DNA of 62,604 nt, from positions 1 to 62,604 of the IMG/VR virus record IMGVR_UViG_3300044619_000874, one strand, 5' to 3'. Position 1 is the stretch's first letter. Each line of letters starts with the position of its first letter. Below are positions 8,680-18,500 of the stretch, one piece after another. The stretch comes from a virus (lineage: Duplodnaviria > Caudoviricetes). The translations under genes were made by a program, and so were the position numbers. Under the pieces are notes generated by a model. The model saw only the letters and a program-made list of their open reading frames with translations. It had not been told where the DNA came from and did no database searches.

Positions 8680-9063
8680 CTATCGCGCCGAGTTACTGCG
8701 CCTCTCGACCTCGACCCACTCGGGCAGCGGCGTCGGGTCGTCCTTCAATCCCTTGCGTCCCATCAGCCCAGCGAGGAACTCGACGTCCACCTCACCATCC
8801 TCTTGCCGCTTTGCTTCGAGGACGTGGCCGAGGGTCAGGCTTCGCTTGCCACCACTATGAAAACCAAAATGACAATCACGGCAAAGGAGAGCGAGATTTC
8901 GTACGTCGTGGCACCGCTCACCACCACGGCGACCGACGATGTGATGCACCTCATGCGTAGACCCCGGCGAGAACTTTCGTAGCCAGCACACGGCACACCG
9001 CTCGCACAGGAAGACGTACTCCCCGATGCGACGCTTCAGTGATTCGGTACGCTTACTCGGCAT
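8680..9063 (-). CDS. HNH endonuclease
   Basis: CAVC...HEVHHI...NLALLCRDCH. Confidence 0.8.
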   Translation of the reverse strand: MPSKRTESLKRRIGEYVFLCERCAVCWLRKFSPGSTHEVHHIVGRRGGERCHDVRNLALLCRDCHFGFHSGGKRSLTLGHVLEAKRQEDGEVDVEFLAGLMGRKGLKDDPTPLPEWVEVERRSNSAR

Positions 9064-9784
9064 CGCCTGCCTCCAGTTGGGCGAGCAGGCCATCGCCAAT
9101 GCCATCAAGCGCAGCGGCGTAGGGCTGGCCGTCGAAGTCCTCGATCACCAGCCGGGCACGGGCGACCAGCAGTTCCAGCAGGTCGCGGAGTTCCTCCTTG
9201 GGATATTCGTCAGACTCCCGCTTGCATATCTCGTCGACCGCGAACCGGGAGTACACCAGTAGTTCAATGCAGAATCGATCGGTCTCTTGCCTGCGATCCC
9301 ACTGCAACTCCGAGCGGGTGATGCAGCCGTTGGTGTAGGCGTCGGCCTCGTCCAGTGGATAGACGGCAATGTCCTGCCACCACTCTTGTGCCTCGATCAG
9401 GTAGGTCTTGTAGGTCTTGCCTCGGTACTTCTTGGGCACCGCCTCGGCGACGTGTGCCAGTTTCGTTTGCTTCGGAATAGGGAGCCGCCACGCCACGCCG
9501 TCGAGCAGGTAGAACCCTCGCTCCTTCGGTGTAGAGCACCGAGAGTTGATGAAGTGAGTGGCCTCGTGAGCCCAAGTGATCGGGCACCCATCCCCCGCTC
9601 GTGCGGCTGCGGCGTCGGACTCCGGCAGCCGGGACACGACATCCATCAGGGTGGGTGGCAGGTTCTTATCCGAACATCTGCGAACCACCGGCACCTGAAC
9701 GTCGTCCGAGAGCAGCAGTGACCCCATCCATAGGATCACGATGCTCGCCACGATCACCCAGCCAAAGTCATAAGCCACCTTCAT
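9053..9784 (-). CDS. Membrane-anchored putative zinc metallopeptidase
   Basis: N-terminal hydrophobic helix; AHEATH; downstream DEADAY as possible third ligand. Confidence 0.6.
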   Translation of the reverse strand: MKVAYDFGWVIVASIVILWMGSLLLSDDVQVPVVRRCSDKNLPPTLMDVVSRLPESDAAAARAGDGCPITWAHEATHFINSRCSTPKERGFYLLDGVAWRLPIPKQTKLAHVAEAVPKKYRGKTYKTYLIEAQEWWQDIAVYPLDEADAYTNGCITRSELQWDRRQETDRFCIELLVYSRFAVDEICKRESDEYPKEELRDLLELLVARARLVIEDFDGQPYAAALDGIGDGLLAQLEAGDAE

Positions 9785-9924
9785 CGCCGCCTCCTTGTGC
9801 GATTGCGCTCCATCTCATCGAGCAGCAAACGGATGCTGCCCGCCATCCAGATCACAGACACGACCGTCAGCGTCAGCATTACCGTCACCAACACGAGCAG
9901 CCCGTCACGCAGCGTCGAATCCAT
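9781..9924 (-). CDS. Small single-TM protein, 47 aa
   Basis: MDSTLRDGLLVLVTVMLTLTVVSVIWMAGSIRLLLDEMERNRTRRRR; GGAGG RBS; ATGA overlap downstream. Confidence 0.6.
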   Translation of the reverse strand: MDSTLRDGLLVLVTVMLTLTVVSVIWMAGSIRLLLDEMERNRTRRRR

Positions 9925-10228
9925 CGAACTCCTCCATGCGTTCCATCGCGATGCTCGCCGCCAGTAGCCACTGCGCTAGTGCCTTGACCTGCTCGGCTGA
10001 GTACAGGATGCAGACGTCCTCTGACTGCACCGTGACGCACGGCTGTGCCACGGGCCACGACGCAGTGCGGAGGTGGCGGGGCACTGCGTGAAACTCCTTC
10101 TCGTTACACACGTCAGTGGCGAGCAGCGACTCGGGCGTGCCGTGCCGAAACCCGAGGGTGAGCATCCAGCCGTTCTCGTTAGCCACCGTGCAGATGGCCT
10201 CGTTCTCTGGCGATGGGTCGCTGTTCAT
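9905..10228 (-). CDS. Hypothetical protein
   Basis: GGAGG RBS; ATGA-coupled to helicase stop. Confidence 0.55.
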   Translation of the reverse strand: MNSDPSPENEAICTVANENGWMLTLGFRHGTPESLLATDVCNEKEFHAVPRHLRTASWPVAQPCVTVQSEDVCILYSAEQVKALAQWLLAASIAMERMEEFDGFDAA

Positions 10229-11751
10229 CCGACCTCCTTCTGAAGTTCTCGTGTGATCGCCTTGACCAACCACTCGTTGCCGGGCGTGCGCTTCATCTTC
10301 TTGAGCGCGCCACGCAGGTAGTCCCGGGGCAGGAGTCGGATCAGTTGTCCGCGATACGGCCCCCACATCATGCGGGCACCCCTTGCCTTGGGCGTCTCGG
10401 CACTCGGCTTCGCGAACGGGTCGACCGACTTCGAGTCGAACGTGATGCCGACCACGAGTTGCCTGCGGCGGTGCTTCTCCGCCTCCATCTCGGCGAGGGC
10501 CCTCTCCTTGTCGAGGCGTTCGAGTTCACGCATCTCGGCAGCCACGTCAGCCAGTTCGACGTCGCCTTCCTCGGTTCTCTTGAGCAACTTCTCCCGGTAC
10601 TTCTGCACCTTCTCCGGCGGCAGCACGACGTCGATGGCCGAGCACACCCGGTGGTGCCGCACGTTGTCCTGATAGTCGTAAATCTTTGCGTGCGGCTTGT
10701 GCCCGTGGGCTATCGCCATCCGCCTCGTGTAGTCCGACGGCTGGGCGTCCACGTTGTCACGCTTGTCCGGCCGCAGGGCGCGCCCCAGTATCTGGAGGTA
10801 GCGCGGCAGGCTGCGGGTCGGGGTCAGCAGGTGCAACTCCTCGACCGGAGCGTCCCACCCCATCGTCAGCACGGCGACGTTGCAGATCAGTGTGGCATCA
10901 CCCGACTCGTACCTCTTCATCTCGTCATGCCGCTCGCTCTCGCTCTGCTTGCTGTGAACGAGGGCGGCACGCACTCCGTACCTCGTCTCGATCAGGTCGC
11001 GGAATGCACGGGCGTGGCTGATGTTCGGGCAGTAGACGGCACCCTTCGTGCGGTGGTTCGATGCAACGAGTGATGCCTGCTCGTGCAGCACCATCTCGTC
11101 GGACATGATCCGCTGCACTTCGGCAGCATCGAACTCACCGACCCCACCCGTCGGCAACTTGTACGACTTGACGATGATGCGGCGGGCGGAGATGGGCACG
11201 AGCCAGCCGTGCTCGATCGCAGGCACCACGCCGTACTGCACCGGCACCCTGCCGTAGTACCGCATGGCAGGCGAGCCGTGAGGGGTCGCCGTCAGCCCAC
11301 AGATCACTGCGCCGTTGGAGCGGTAGTAATCCAGTAGGTCGAGCGTCGGCCCCCCACAGCCATAGTGCGCCTCGTCAACCACGACGAGGTCGGGCGAGTA
11401 CTTCTGGCCCCGGTTCCCGGTGAGCAGGGACTGGAGCGAGGCAACGACAATCGGTGCCTCGGGCCGGGCATACAAATCCCCCTGCTCGATCTCCACATCA
11501 CGCAGCCGGTACGCCTCCACGCCTCTGGCGATCTGCGAGCAGAGCGTGATGCGGGGGTCGATGATCAGCGTGCGGGAGTACCGCTCACTGAGGATCGCCG
11601 CGATCAGCGTCTTGCCCACACCCGTGGCGATTTCACCGAGGGCCTTGCCGTCACTCCGCAGTACTGCGTCGAGCGAGTCGACCGCATGCTGCTGGATCGG
11701 GCGAGGCTTCGGTCGCGGGTCGTGGAACAGCGTCCGTGCTTCGTGCATCAC
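10225..11751 (-). CDS. Superfamily 2 DEAH helicase
   Basis: ATGVGKT, VVDEAH, GLTATP, LTMGWD, QILGRALR; C-terminal MWGPYRG...YL motif. Confidence 0.92.
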   Translation of the reverse strand: MMHEARTLFHDPRPKPRPIQQHAVDSLDAVLRSDGKALGEIATGVGKTLIAAILSERYSRTLIIDPRITLCSQIARGVEAYRLRDVEIEQGDLYARPEAPIVVASLQSLLTGNRGQKYSPDLVVVDEAHYGCGGPTLDLLDYYRSNGAVICGLTATPHGSPAMRYYGRVPVQYGVVPAIEHGWLVPISARRIIVKSYKLPTGGVGEFDAAEVQRIMSDEMVLHEQASLVASNHRTKGAVYCPNISHARAFRDLIETRYGVRAALVHSKQSESERHDEMKRYESGDATLICNVAVLTMGWDAPVEELHLLTPTRSLPRYLQILGRALRPDKRDNVDAQPSDYTRRMAIAHGHKPHAKIYDYQDNVRHHRVCSAIDVVLPPEKVQKYREKLLKRTEEGDVELADVAAEMRELERLDKERALAEMEAEKHRRRQLVVGITFDSKSVDPFAKPSAETPKARGARMMWGPYRGQLIRLLPRDYLRGALKKMKRTPGNEWLVKAITRELQKEVG

Positions 11752-12101
11752 GCCGCCTCCGATGCTCGGTAGGCTCGGCGAAGCGCGCCGTACATCTTCT
11801 CAAGTCGAACGTCGTTTCGACCGCTTGCCACCCACCGCTTCGCCCGCTCCTCCGGCGTCCACGACTGGCGGATCGCCGCTGCCCTCTCCAGAATCTCCTG
11901 CTCGGTCGGATCGTCCTTCGACGTCGACCGGAAGGACTCCGCCACCGGGCGTGTCTTGTTCGCGAACTTCAGCATCCGGTAGAGCGCGTGCCTCGGCACG
12001 TTGTGAATCCTCGCCGCCTCCTTCACCGACGTCCGCTGCGTCAGGTAGTGCTCCATCGCCCTCGACATCTGGGTCGACCGTGATCCCTCTCTCGCTTCCA
12101 T
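11748..12101 (-). CDS. HTH DNA-binding protein
   Basis: SVKEAARIHNVPRHALYR; AAGGAGG RBS before ATG 12101. Confidence 0.65.
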   Translation of the reverse strand: MEAREGSRSTQMSRAMEHYLTQRTSVKEAARIHNVPRHALYRMLKFANKTRPVAESFRSTSKDDPTEQEILERAAAIRQSWTPEERAKRWVASGRNDVRLEKMYGALRRAYRASEAA

Positions 12102-12267
12102 GCGGTATCCCTCCTTGAAGAATGGTTCGGACAAACAAAATCGATTGCAGTGACTTGACCTCCTGCACCAGCGCAGGAAGGTCGACGTGGATGAGGCGTG
12201 GCAGAATCTCTAGCGAGAGGTTCTCCAGCCGGTACTCGATCTCGGTGAGGTCGCGATCACTTAACAC
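11800..12267 (-). CDS. Hypothetical protein (3' part overlaps HTH gene)
   Basis: GGAGG RBS and plausible helical N-terminus; C-terminal part may be off-frame run-on. Confidence 0.4.
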   Translation of the reverse strand: MLSDRDLTEIEYRLENLSLEILPRLIHVDLPALVQEVKSLQSILFVRTILQGGIPHGSERGITVDPDVEGDGALPDAADVGEGGGEDSQRAEARALPDAEVREQDTPGGGVLPVDVEGRSDRAGDSGEGSGDPPVVDAGGAGEAVGGKRSKRRST

Positions 12268-12919
12268 TGGCTGCCTCCCTGAAAGGTTTCATGGCCTCGC
12301 GGTCGGCCTTCAGTGCCATGAGGTCGTCCTCGGTGATGCGACCTGACGCGACCGACATGGCAGCGCGAGCCAGCACCGAGTCACGCTCCTGCTCCGACTT
12401 GGCTGCGACCAGTGCCTGACGGGCGAGGCCGAGGGCCGAGTTGGGCTTGGCCTTCGGGCCTTCGAGCCCCGCACCGTCGAGGTCGCTGTCTGCTGCCACG
12501 CCGCAGAGTTCGGCGTAGTGCTTGCGTCGGAAGTAAGTGGTCTCGCTGAGAACCTTCTGCGGCTGACGCTCGGTCAACTTCGACGACGACCGCTCGAACT
12601 GACCGCTCACATGACGCAGCGTCGAGACCTCCCACTGCTCGTCGCCGATGATGAAAGTCTTCGAGGCGAGGTCGAGCCCGTGGCGGCAGTTGGCCGGGGT
12701 CACTGCATCGAGCACCTCATCGAGCGTGGCGTACATTCCGTACGCGCCCTTGGCGTTCTTCCTGATCGGCTGGTACTCGGCGCGGGCCTTGCACTTCGCC
12801 TCGGCCAACTTGTCGGTGTACTCCGACTCCATCGCTGGCATGAACGAGGTCTGAGGCTTGAGCCTCGGGTCGCGCTGGCACGGGTTGACGCAGGTCGGTT
12901 CTTCTTTCTGATCGCTCAT
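12257..12919 (-). CDS. ERF-family single-strand annealing protein
   Basis: YATLDEVLDAV...TYFRRKHY..LCGVAAD.D.DG; adjacent to exonuclease. Confidence 0.85.
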   Translation of the reverse strand: MSDQKEEPTCVNPCQRDPRLKPQTSFMPAMESEYTDKLAEAKCKARAEYQPIRKNAKGAYGMYATLDEVLDAVTPANCRHGLDLASKTFIIGDEQWEVSTLRHVSGQFERSSSKLTERQPQKVLSETTYFRRKHYAELCGVAADSDLDGAGLEGPKAKPNSALGLARQALVAAKSEQERDSVLARAAMSVASGRITEDDLMALKADREAMKPFREAASVK

Positions 12920-13914
12920 CGACTTACTCCTTTGAAGGCCCACTCTGGAAACTGAAGGACGTTGATCTCGCCGTATCCGCTGGGCAGCCAGTGGCCGCTC
13001 TCTTTGCGGGCCTCGATCTCGTCGAGGTCGTCGGTGATCCACTGCTCGCACATGGCGACGAGCGGCTCGGGGAGTTCGCACACTTGGACTTGGTGCGATG
13101 GCGTCGTGGAGCAAGCCACGAACGTGAGGCGTTGGTCAGAGAGCCCAGCCGCAGCGGCGATCTGGGAGTACCAAGCGGAGGCGTAGTGGTAGCCGTGGTC
13201 GAGGCAGCCCCTCCACCACGATTCGAGTGGGCGGGCGTCGCGGCACGACTTCCAGTCCAGCAGCACGCCGCCGTGAGTGACGGCGTCGTAGCGGCAGCGG
13301 ATCAGGTGGCCGTCGGGTCGGCGATAGAACGCCGAGAGTTCGTGCTTCCAGATATCCTCGTAGAGGTCTCTCGCCATTGCGTTCGAGAAGAACTGCGAGA
13401 GGATCGCCTCGACGATGGCGAGGTTCTCTTCCGACGCGACGATGGCGTCAGGCCCCTGCTCATCACGCCACGCCTTCGCGGCCTTGGAGGAGGAGAGCCC
13501 GCCGCCTGCGGTGCGGAACTCCTCCGGTACCGAGACGAGGTGAGAGCGGTACCGGGTCGGGCCCAGTTCGAGGGCCGCGTGTACAAGTGTTCCGAGGTCG
13601 GTAGCCGCCGACGAGAAGGCCGGGCGGGTGCGAGCGATGTGTCGCTCGTGGAACCAAACCGGCCCGTGGTAGCGGAAGTCCCAGCCGATGGACTTCGAGG
13701 GGCAGGGGAGGGTATGGTAGACGTGGTTCGGCAGGCCCTCCACTAGGAGGGTCTGGCCGGGCTGCAACCCCTCAAGGGCGGCAAGAAGTTCCGCAAGAGT
13801 CGGGGCGACTGGATTCGAACCAGCGACCTCTACGTCCCGAACGTAGCGCGAACCCTCGCCGCCGGTCTCAAGGAGATCGGCCATGTCAGCACTGCTTGCA
13901 TCTGATTCAGTCAT
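12916..13914 (-). CDS. Exonuclease VIII/RecE-like PD-(D/E)XK exonuclease (DUF3799-like)
   Basis: GTLVHAALE, RCRYD, LDWKS, YHYASAWY; start codon uncertain (13914 or 13884). Confidence 0.85.
   Translation of the reverse strand: MTESDASSADMADLLETGGEGSRYVRDVEVAGSNPVAPTLAELLAALEGLQPGQTLLVEGLPNHVYHTLPCPSKSIGWDFRYHGPVWFHERHIARTRPAFSSAATDLGTLVHAALELGPTRYRSHLVSVPEEFRTAGGGLSSSKAAKAWRDEQGPDAIVASEENLAIVEAILSQFFSNAMARDLYEDIWKHELSAFYRRPDGHLIRCRYDAVTHGGVLLDWKSCRDARPLESWWRGCLDHGYHYASAWYSQIAAAAGLSDQRLTFVACSTTPSHQVQVCELPEPLVAMCEQWITDDLDEIEARKESGHWLPSGYGEINVLQFPEWAFKGVSR
13799..13850 (-). other. attP-like core: 3' portion of tRNA-Pro(CGG)
   Basis: CTACG-TT-CGG-GA-CGTAG anticodon arm, AGGTC, GCTGG-TTCGAAT-CCAGT T-arm, CGCCCCGA acceptor strand; no 5' acceptor strand or D-arm; about 120 bp from integrase. 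Confidence 0.85.
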
Positions 13915-13966
13915 TGGTATTCTCGCGACGAAAGGAGCAGTGTACAGAAGTTCAGTGGGGGAGTCA

Positions 13967-14797
13967 ATGATCGGGTTGGCAGAACGCTATCTATTGGGGA
14001 GGGACGTTTCTCGCGGATACGCGGGGAACATCAGAAGGACGGCGGCCAAGATGGATAGGGCGGGGATCACCCCTGCCAATATCAACGGGCCTGCGGTCAG
14101 CATGTGGCTCTCCTCCTTGAAAGCAAACGGTCTGTCGAGCGTGAGTATAGCGAGTGAGCGCCGTAGCGCAATCACAATCTGGAAGTTCGGCATAGAGGAC
14201 GGGTCGATCACTACACCCATCCGCCATGTCCTTCAGCCTCGTGTCACTCGTCGTGTCACTCGTGCCTTCGGACGCGATGATCTTACTGGTGCTGTCAAGC
14301 GTCTCAAAGAATTGATCCTGCCCGCGTTTCAGAGCGGTTGCTGTCGAAAGCAGTGGATCGAGGCTTGGATTTTCTACGTCTACGAAACCGGAGCGCGGTT
14401 CACCGACGCATACGAACTCCGTTCCGAAGCACTCGTTCCCGGCGGGGTTGGCTGGACTGCGAGCAAGACGGGACGGCCGGTCATCAAACGCCTGTCAGCG
14501 AGTACTTCAGATCGGCTGGCAGCACTAGCATCCCTGTCCCCCGACGGCACGGTGTTCAAGTGGGCCGTGTCGCGGCGGCATGCGTTCGCTGCGATCAGAG
14601 CGGTGTTCAAGCAGATCGGGCTGGATGGCGGAAGGACGCAATGGCTGCGCCGCAGCGGGGCAACGCACGCCGAGATGATCAAGAAAGGTGCGGCACGCGA
14701 GTACCTGTGCCACGCCACGCAGGGGCTGGCCGAATCCAACTACATAGATTTTACGCAGTTGCTACCCGAGTTGCCAGTTCCGCCCGGGATTGAGTGA
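13967..14797 (+). CDS. int: Tyrosine recombinase/integrase
   Basis: ETGARF (R1), SKTG (K), QWLRRSGAT (R2), YLCH, NYID (Tyr); SAM-like N-terminal domain. Confidence 0.85.
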   Translation: MIGLAERYLLGRDVSRGYAGNIRRTAAKMDRAGITPANINGPAVSMWLSSLKANGLSSVSIASERRSAITIWKFGIEDGSITTPIRHVLQPRVTRRVTRAFGRDDLTGAVKRLKELILPAFQSGCCRKQWIEAWIFYVYETGARFTDAYELRSEALVPGGVGWTASKTGRPVIKRLSASTSDRLAALASLSPDGTVFKWAVSRRHAFAAIRAVFKQIGLDGGRTQWLRRSGATHAEMIKKGAAREYLCHATQGLAESNYIDFTQLLPELPVPPGIE

Positions 14798-14814
14798 GGT
14801 CGAGCGACACTCCA

Positions 14815-14845
14815 TTGACGAACGCGGGAGTGACCGCGCTATAGT
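14815..14845 (+). promoter_or_regulatory. Sigma70-like promoter candidate
   Basis: TTGACG-N19-TATAGT; spacer is long. Confidence 0.4.
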
Positions 14846-14877
14846 GGCTCTGGCGGTTCATTCACTCGCAGCACCCG

Positions 14878-15065
14878 CCCCGACTAATCAAAAGCGCGAG
14901 CCTAAATAACAGCGGCCAGTCCGCAACGCAAACCTGCACACGAAGTCCGGTCGCTCTCCCCGACGGCCCGGCAAACTGAAGGTAGACCAATAAGGTGCAG
15001 AGAGGCGGGAGTGAGAGTTGGGAGGAGGCCCCTCCCACCTTCTCATATTAGTCGGGGTCTGCACC
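14878..15065 (+). ncRNA. Candidate structured RNA or origin element
   Basis: CCCCGACTAAT (14878)/ATTAGTCGGGG (15047); GGTGCAGA (14994)/TCTGCACC (15058); inner hairpin 15012-15045. Confidence 0.35.
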
Positions 15066-15083
15066 CACCAAGGAGAACCAGAG

Positions 15084-15569
15084 ATGATCGCGATCAATCC
15101 GGCAATGCGATTCGGTAAGCACAAGGGGACTCTCGTCAGCGAGGTGCCGACCCAATACCTGACGTGGGTCATGGAGACATTCCCGCGACCGCCTGATTAC
15201 GTCGTGGCCGAAGTTGTGCGCCGTGGCTCTACGCAGTTCGGCGGGGATGCGATCCTCTGTCAGGCTGCTATCTCGGACAGGGCGTTCGATTCAGCAAGGG
15301 GTGGCCGGAAGAAGTGGCGGCGAAAGCCGCCGAGGGGGGCGAGTAACCCAAGGAGGGCTGCGAAGCGAGCAGCCCGGGGAGAGGTCGCACGACAGAAGGC
15401 GAAGGAGTCAGAGTCCCGAATGGCGAAGGGCGTCTGGATTGTCGGTGAGAACTTCGAGCGGCTCCGCCACGAGTTCATTGCAAGCGGCGGCGATGTGGAC
15501 TCCTGCCCGTTCGAGGCACCAGACAACGCTGACTTCCTCGATCACCTCTACAGCATCACCCACTCCTAG
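15084..15569 (+). CDS. DUF3820-like domain protein with basic tail
   Basis: MRFGKHKG...VPTQYLTW; AAGGAG RBS. Confidence 0.75.
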   Translation: MIAINPAMRFGKHKGTLVSEVPTQYLTWVMETFPRPPDYVVAEVVRRGSTQFGGDAILCQAAISDRAFDSARGGRKKWRRKPPRGASNPRRAAKRAARGEVARQKAKESESRMAKGVWIVGENFERLRHEFIASGGDVDSCPFEAPDNADFLDHLYSITHS

Positions 15570-18500
15570 CCTTCCGCTCCGACCGGGTAGCCCGGAACTT
15601 GGCAGCGCGCCTCTCGGTCGTGCTCTCTGCCTTCGAGGCGGCACGCGACTCCTTGTCCAAAACCTTCTTCCTTGCGAGCAGGGCTTGGAACTGCGGTGGC
15701 AGGCCCTCGGCGACCTCCTCGGGGATCGAGGTGGTAGAGAACGTGCGACGGCCCGGCACGCGCTGGAGCATCTCGTCGATGGCAGCCCGCTCGTCCCGGG
15801 TTCGCTGCTCGTCGCTGACGTAGTAGTGCCGGACGGGAGCCACGGAGTTCCACACAGCCCCGAGCGCACCGCTGGCCCGGTCTACGTTGGGGTCGAGGGC
15901 TGTGCCCACGAAGCCCGTGATGCGTGACGCACCGGGGATCAGGAGGTCGGCCGCCCACTTCACCGGCTCCTTCAGCCTGAAGGATTTGCCGTCGCCGCCA
16001 GCGAGATTGATCACTCCGCCGATCGCCTTGTCCCACTGCGACTGCGAGTACCCAACGTCCCGTCTGGTGAAGGCGTCCTTGCCGGTCGCCATCTCGGTGA
16101 ACACCCGCAGTGGTGGTGCAGCCTGTGCCGAGAAGTTCCGCAGCGTGGCACCCGCGCTTGCGGCAGCCGAGTCGAGGGCACCGTTGGCCGACGGCTTGTA
16201 GGCGAACGAGTCGAGGAACGACGCACCCGGGATATCGATCCCGCCGAGCACAGTGGACATGCCCTCGGGTGCGAGGCCGATGTTCATCGCGTCGGGCACG
16301 CCGAGCGACCGGAGTGTCTCGGGGTTGACGGTGAAGCCGCCCTTCTCCCGATAAGACTGCGGCAGGTACTGCGCGTTCTCGTCGGAGTTCTGCAACCGCT
16401 CGCGAGTCTGGAGAGCGTGGCGATATGCACCGCCGGGGTTCATCAACTCCTCGATGGCGAACTGGCCCGACCTTGCGTTGTACGAGTAGAACGGGGCCCA
16501 CAGGTTGCGGATGCCCTTCTCGAAGTCGGTGAGCGATTCGTAGTCAACGTGGATTCGCTTCAGCCTGCGGGCTGCTTCGCGAGGTGCAACACCTTCGGCG
16601 AGCAGGGCGTTGTAGCCCGAGAGCCGAGCGTGAGCGTCCGACCACTCCGATGCCTGCTCTGCCTTGCGGAAGAATGGATTGTTCGTGACCTTCCGAACTG
16701 GACGCTGGACGTTCGAGCCGGAGCCTACAGGGTCGGCGACCCAGTCCTTGCCGAACTGCGTCCACGACCGCTGCCTGTTCCCAAACGACACGCCCTTGAT
16801 TCCGTACCAGTCGAGCGAGTTCTTGTCTGTGACGATGTCCTTGACGGTCTGTGCGTTCGGGATCGGCAGCGGCATCGGCGTCGAGCCGGGCAGCACTTCG
16901 AGCAGCGACTTGCCAGTCCTGTCTCCGATCTCCCGCTCGACCATGCCCATCCCCTTGAGCGTGCCGGACTCGGCAAGGTCATTGAGGTAGGCTTGCAGGA
17001 TTTCTTCGTCACCCTTTCCGCCGGTCGCCATCTGTGCGTAGGCGGGCAGGGACTTGATGTACGGCAGGGCCTCGTCGTAACTGCCGTTGAGCAGCGACTG
17101 CGTGTGGTACATGCTCTTCGAGAGAGCGACCGGGTCTTTGACGGTGAGGAAGTTGCCGATCGTGCCCGACGCCCAGTCGCGCGTCACGCGGCTCGGCCAC
17201 GCCAAGACCTGTGACTTGAACGCCCGCATGTGCTCGGCGAGGAACTTGCCCGCTGCGCCCTGCGCCGCTGGGGACTTGACGAGGTTCTCCGCGTCGGTCA
17301 GCCGATCGATGAAGGACTGCGGAACGGAGTACCCGGAAAGGTCATTGACTCCGAGTTTCGCAAGAGCGCGAGCCTGCGCCCCCACGGCCCCGGCATTCAC
17401 GAGCGGGGTTTTTGCCTTGCCGGACTTCAGCCCGACCATCGAAAGTGCCTTGGCAAGCGGCACCATCTTCTCGCCCTTCGCAGCCCCAGCCACCTGCCTC
17501 ACGGCCCGGCTGGTGATGGCGTCTCCGAGTGCCTCGCCCGTAGCGATGGCGGCATACCGCCCGGTCGTGTACCGAGCGATGGCCTCGGCTGGGTGATTGC
17601 CAAACGCCACAGGATCAGCGGGGTCGAGGTCGCCGAGGAAGTCGGCGAGTGCTGCGGCCCGACGCTGCCCATACTTCGGGGTGCCCTTCGTCTTGGCGGC
17701 AAGTTCGATTGCGGTCTGGTGAGCCTTCGATCCCTGCACCGTCTGGTAGTACGCGCTATTTGGATCGTTGATCTCTTTGAACAGTTGGGCCGCCACCTCG
17801 TCACGCGACCAAAGTTTTCCGGCTGCGTCCTTGCGTCCCATCAGGAACTCGGGACGCTTGGCATAGAACCGCAGTTGGTCGATCGCGCCCGGCAGTTGCA
17901 GCGACTTCTTTCTGGCGATCTGGTCGCCAGTGATCAGGTCGAAGTACGCCCCCGCAGGGTTGCCGTTCTTGTTCAGCACTGTGCGATCAAGTGCCGTCGT
18001 GAGCGAGTATGGGCGATACTCGGCCCCGTACCTGTGCTTGAGCAGGTGGGCATTGATGCCAGCGTCCTTACTCTCCTGAAGGATGCTGACCTTGTTGCGA
18101 GCCCAGTCGTCGGCGATGGCCTTCAACTTCGGCGTGTTCTCGATCAGGTCGACGTCCTTGGCCGTAACCGCCACGCCCTCGATGTAGCGGTCGAGTGCCT
18201 CCTGAACGCGAACGTCCTTGGGGTCACTGAGCCCAGTGCGCCGCGCTACGTCGTCCGGTATCTTGGCGAACTGTAGTTGTTGAGCAACTTCACCTGCCGC
18301 TCGACCGCCGCGAGCAACACCATCCTGTCCGGCGTTGTTGATCTGCGTGACCGTCGATTGGCCGATCGGCTCGTAGAGTTTTCCGACCGCCTTGTTGGCG
18401 AACTGGTGGGCGGCAAGGCCGACCGGAGACCATCGGACTGTCTCTGGGATTCGATCGAGGACGCGAGCCGCAACATCCCCCGCAGCAGCACCAAGCGGAT

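Noticed and set aside
13799-13880. Complete tRNA-Pro gene
   Set aside because: No 5' acceptor strand complementary to CGCCCCG at the expected position and no D-arm; only the 3' part is present.
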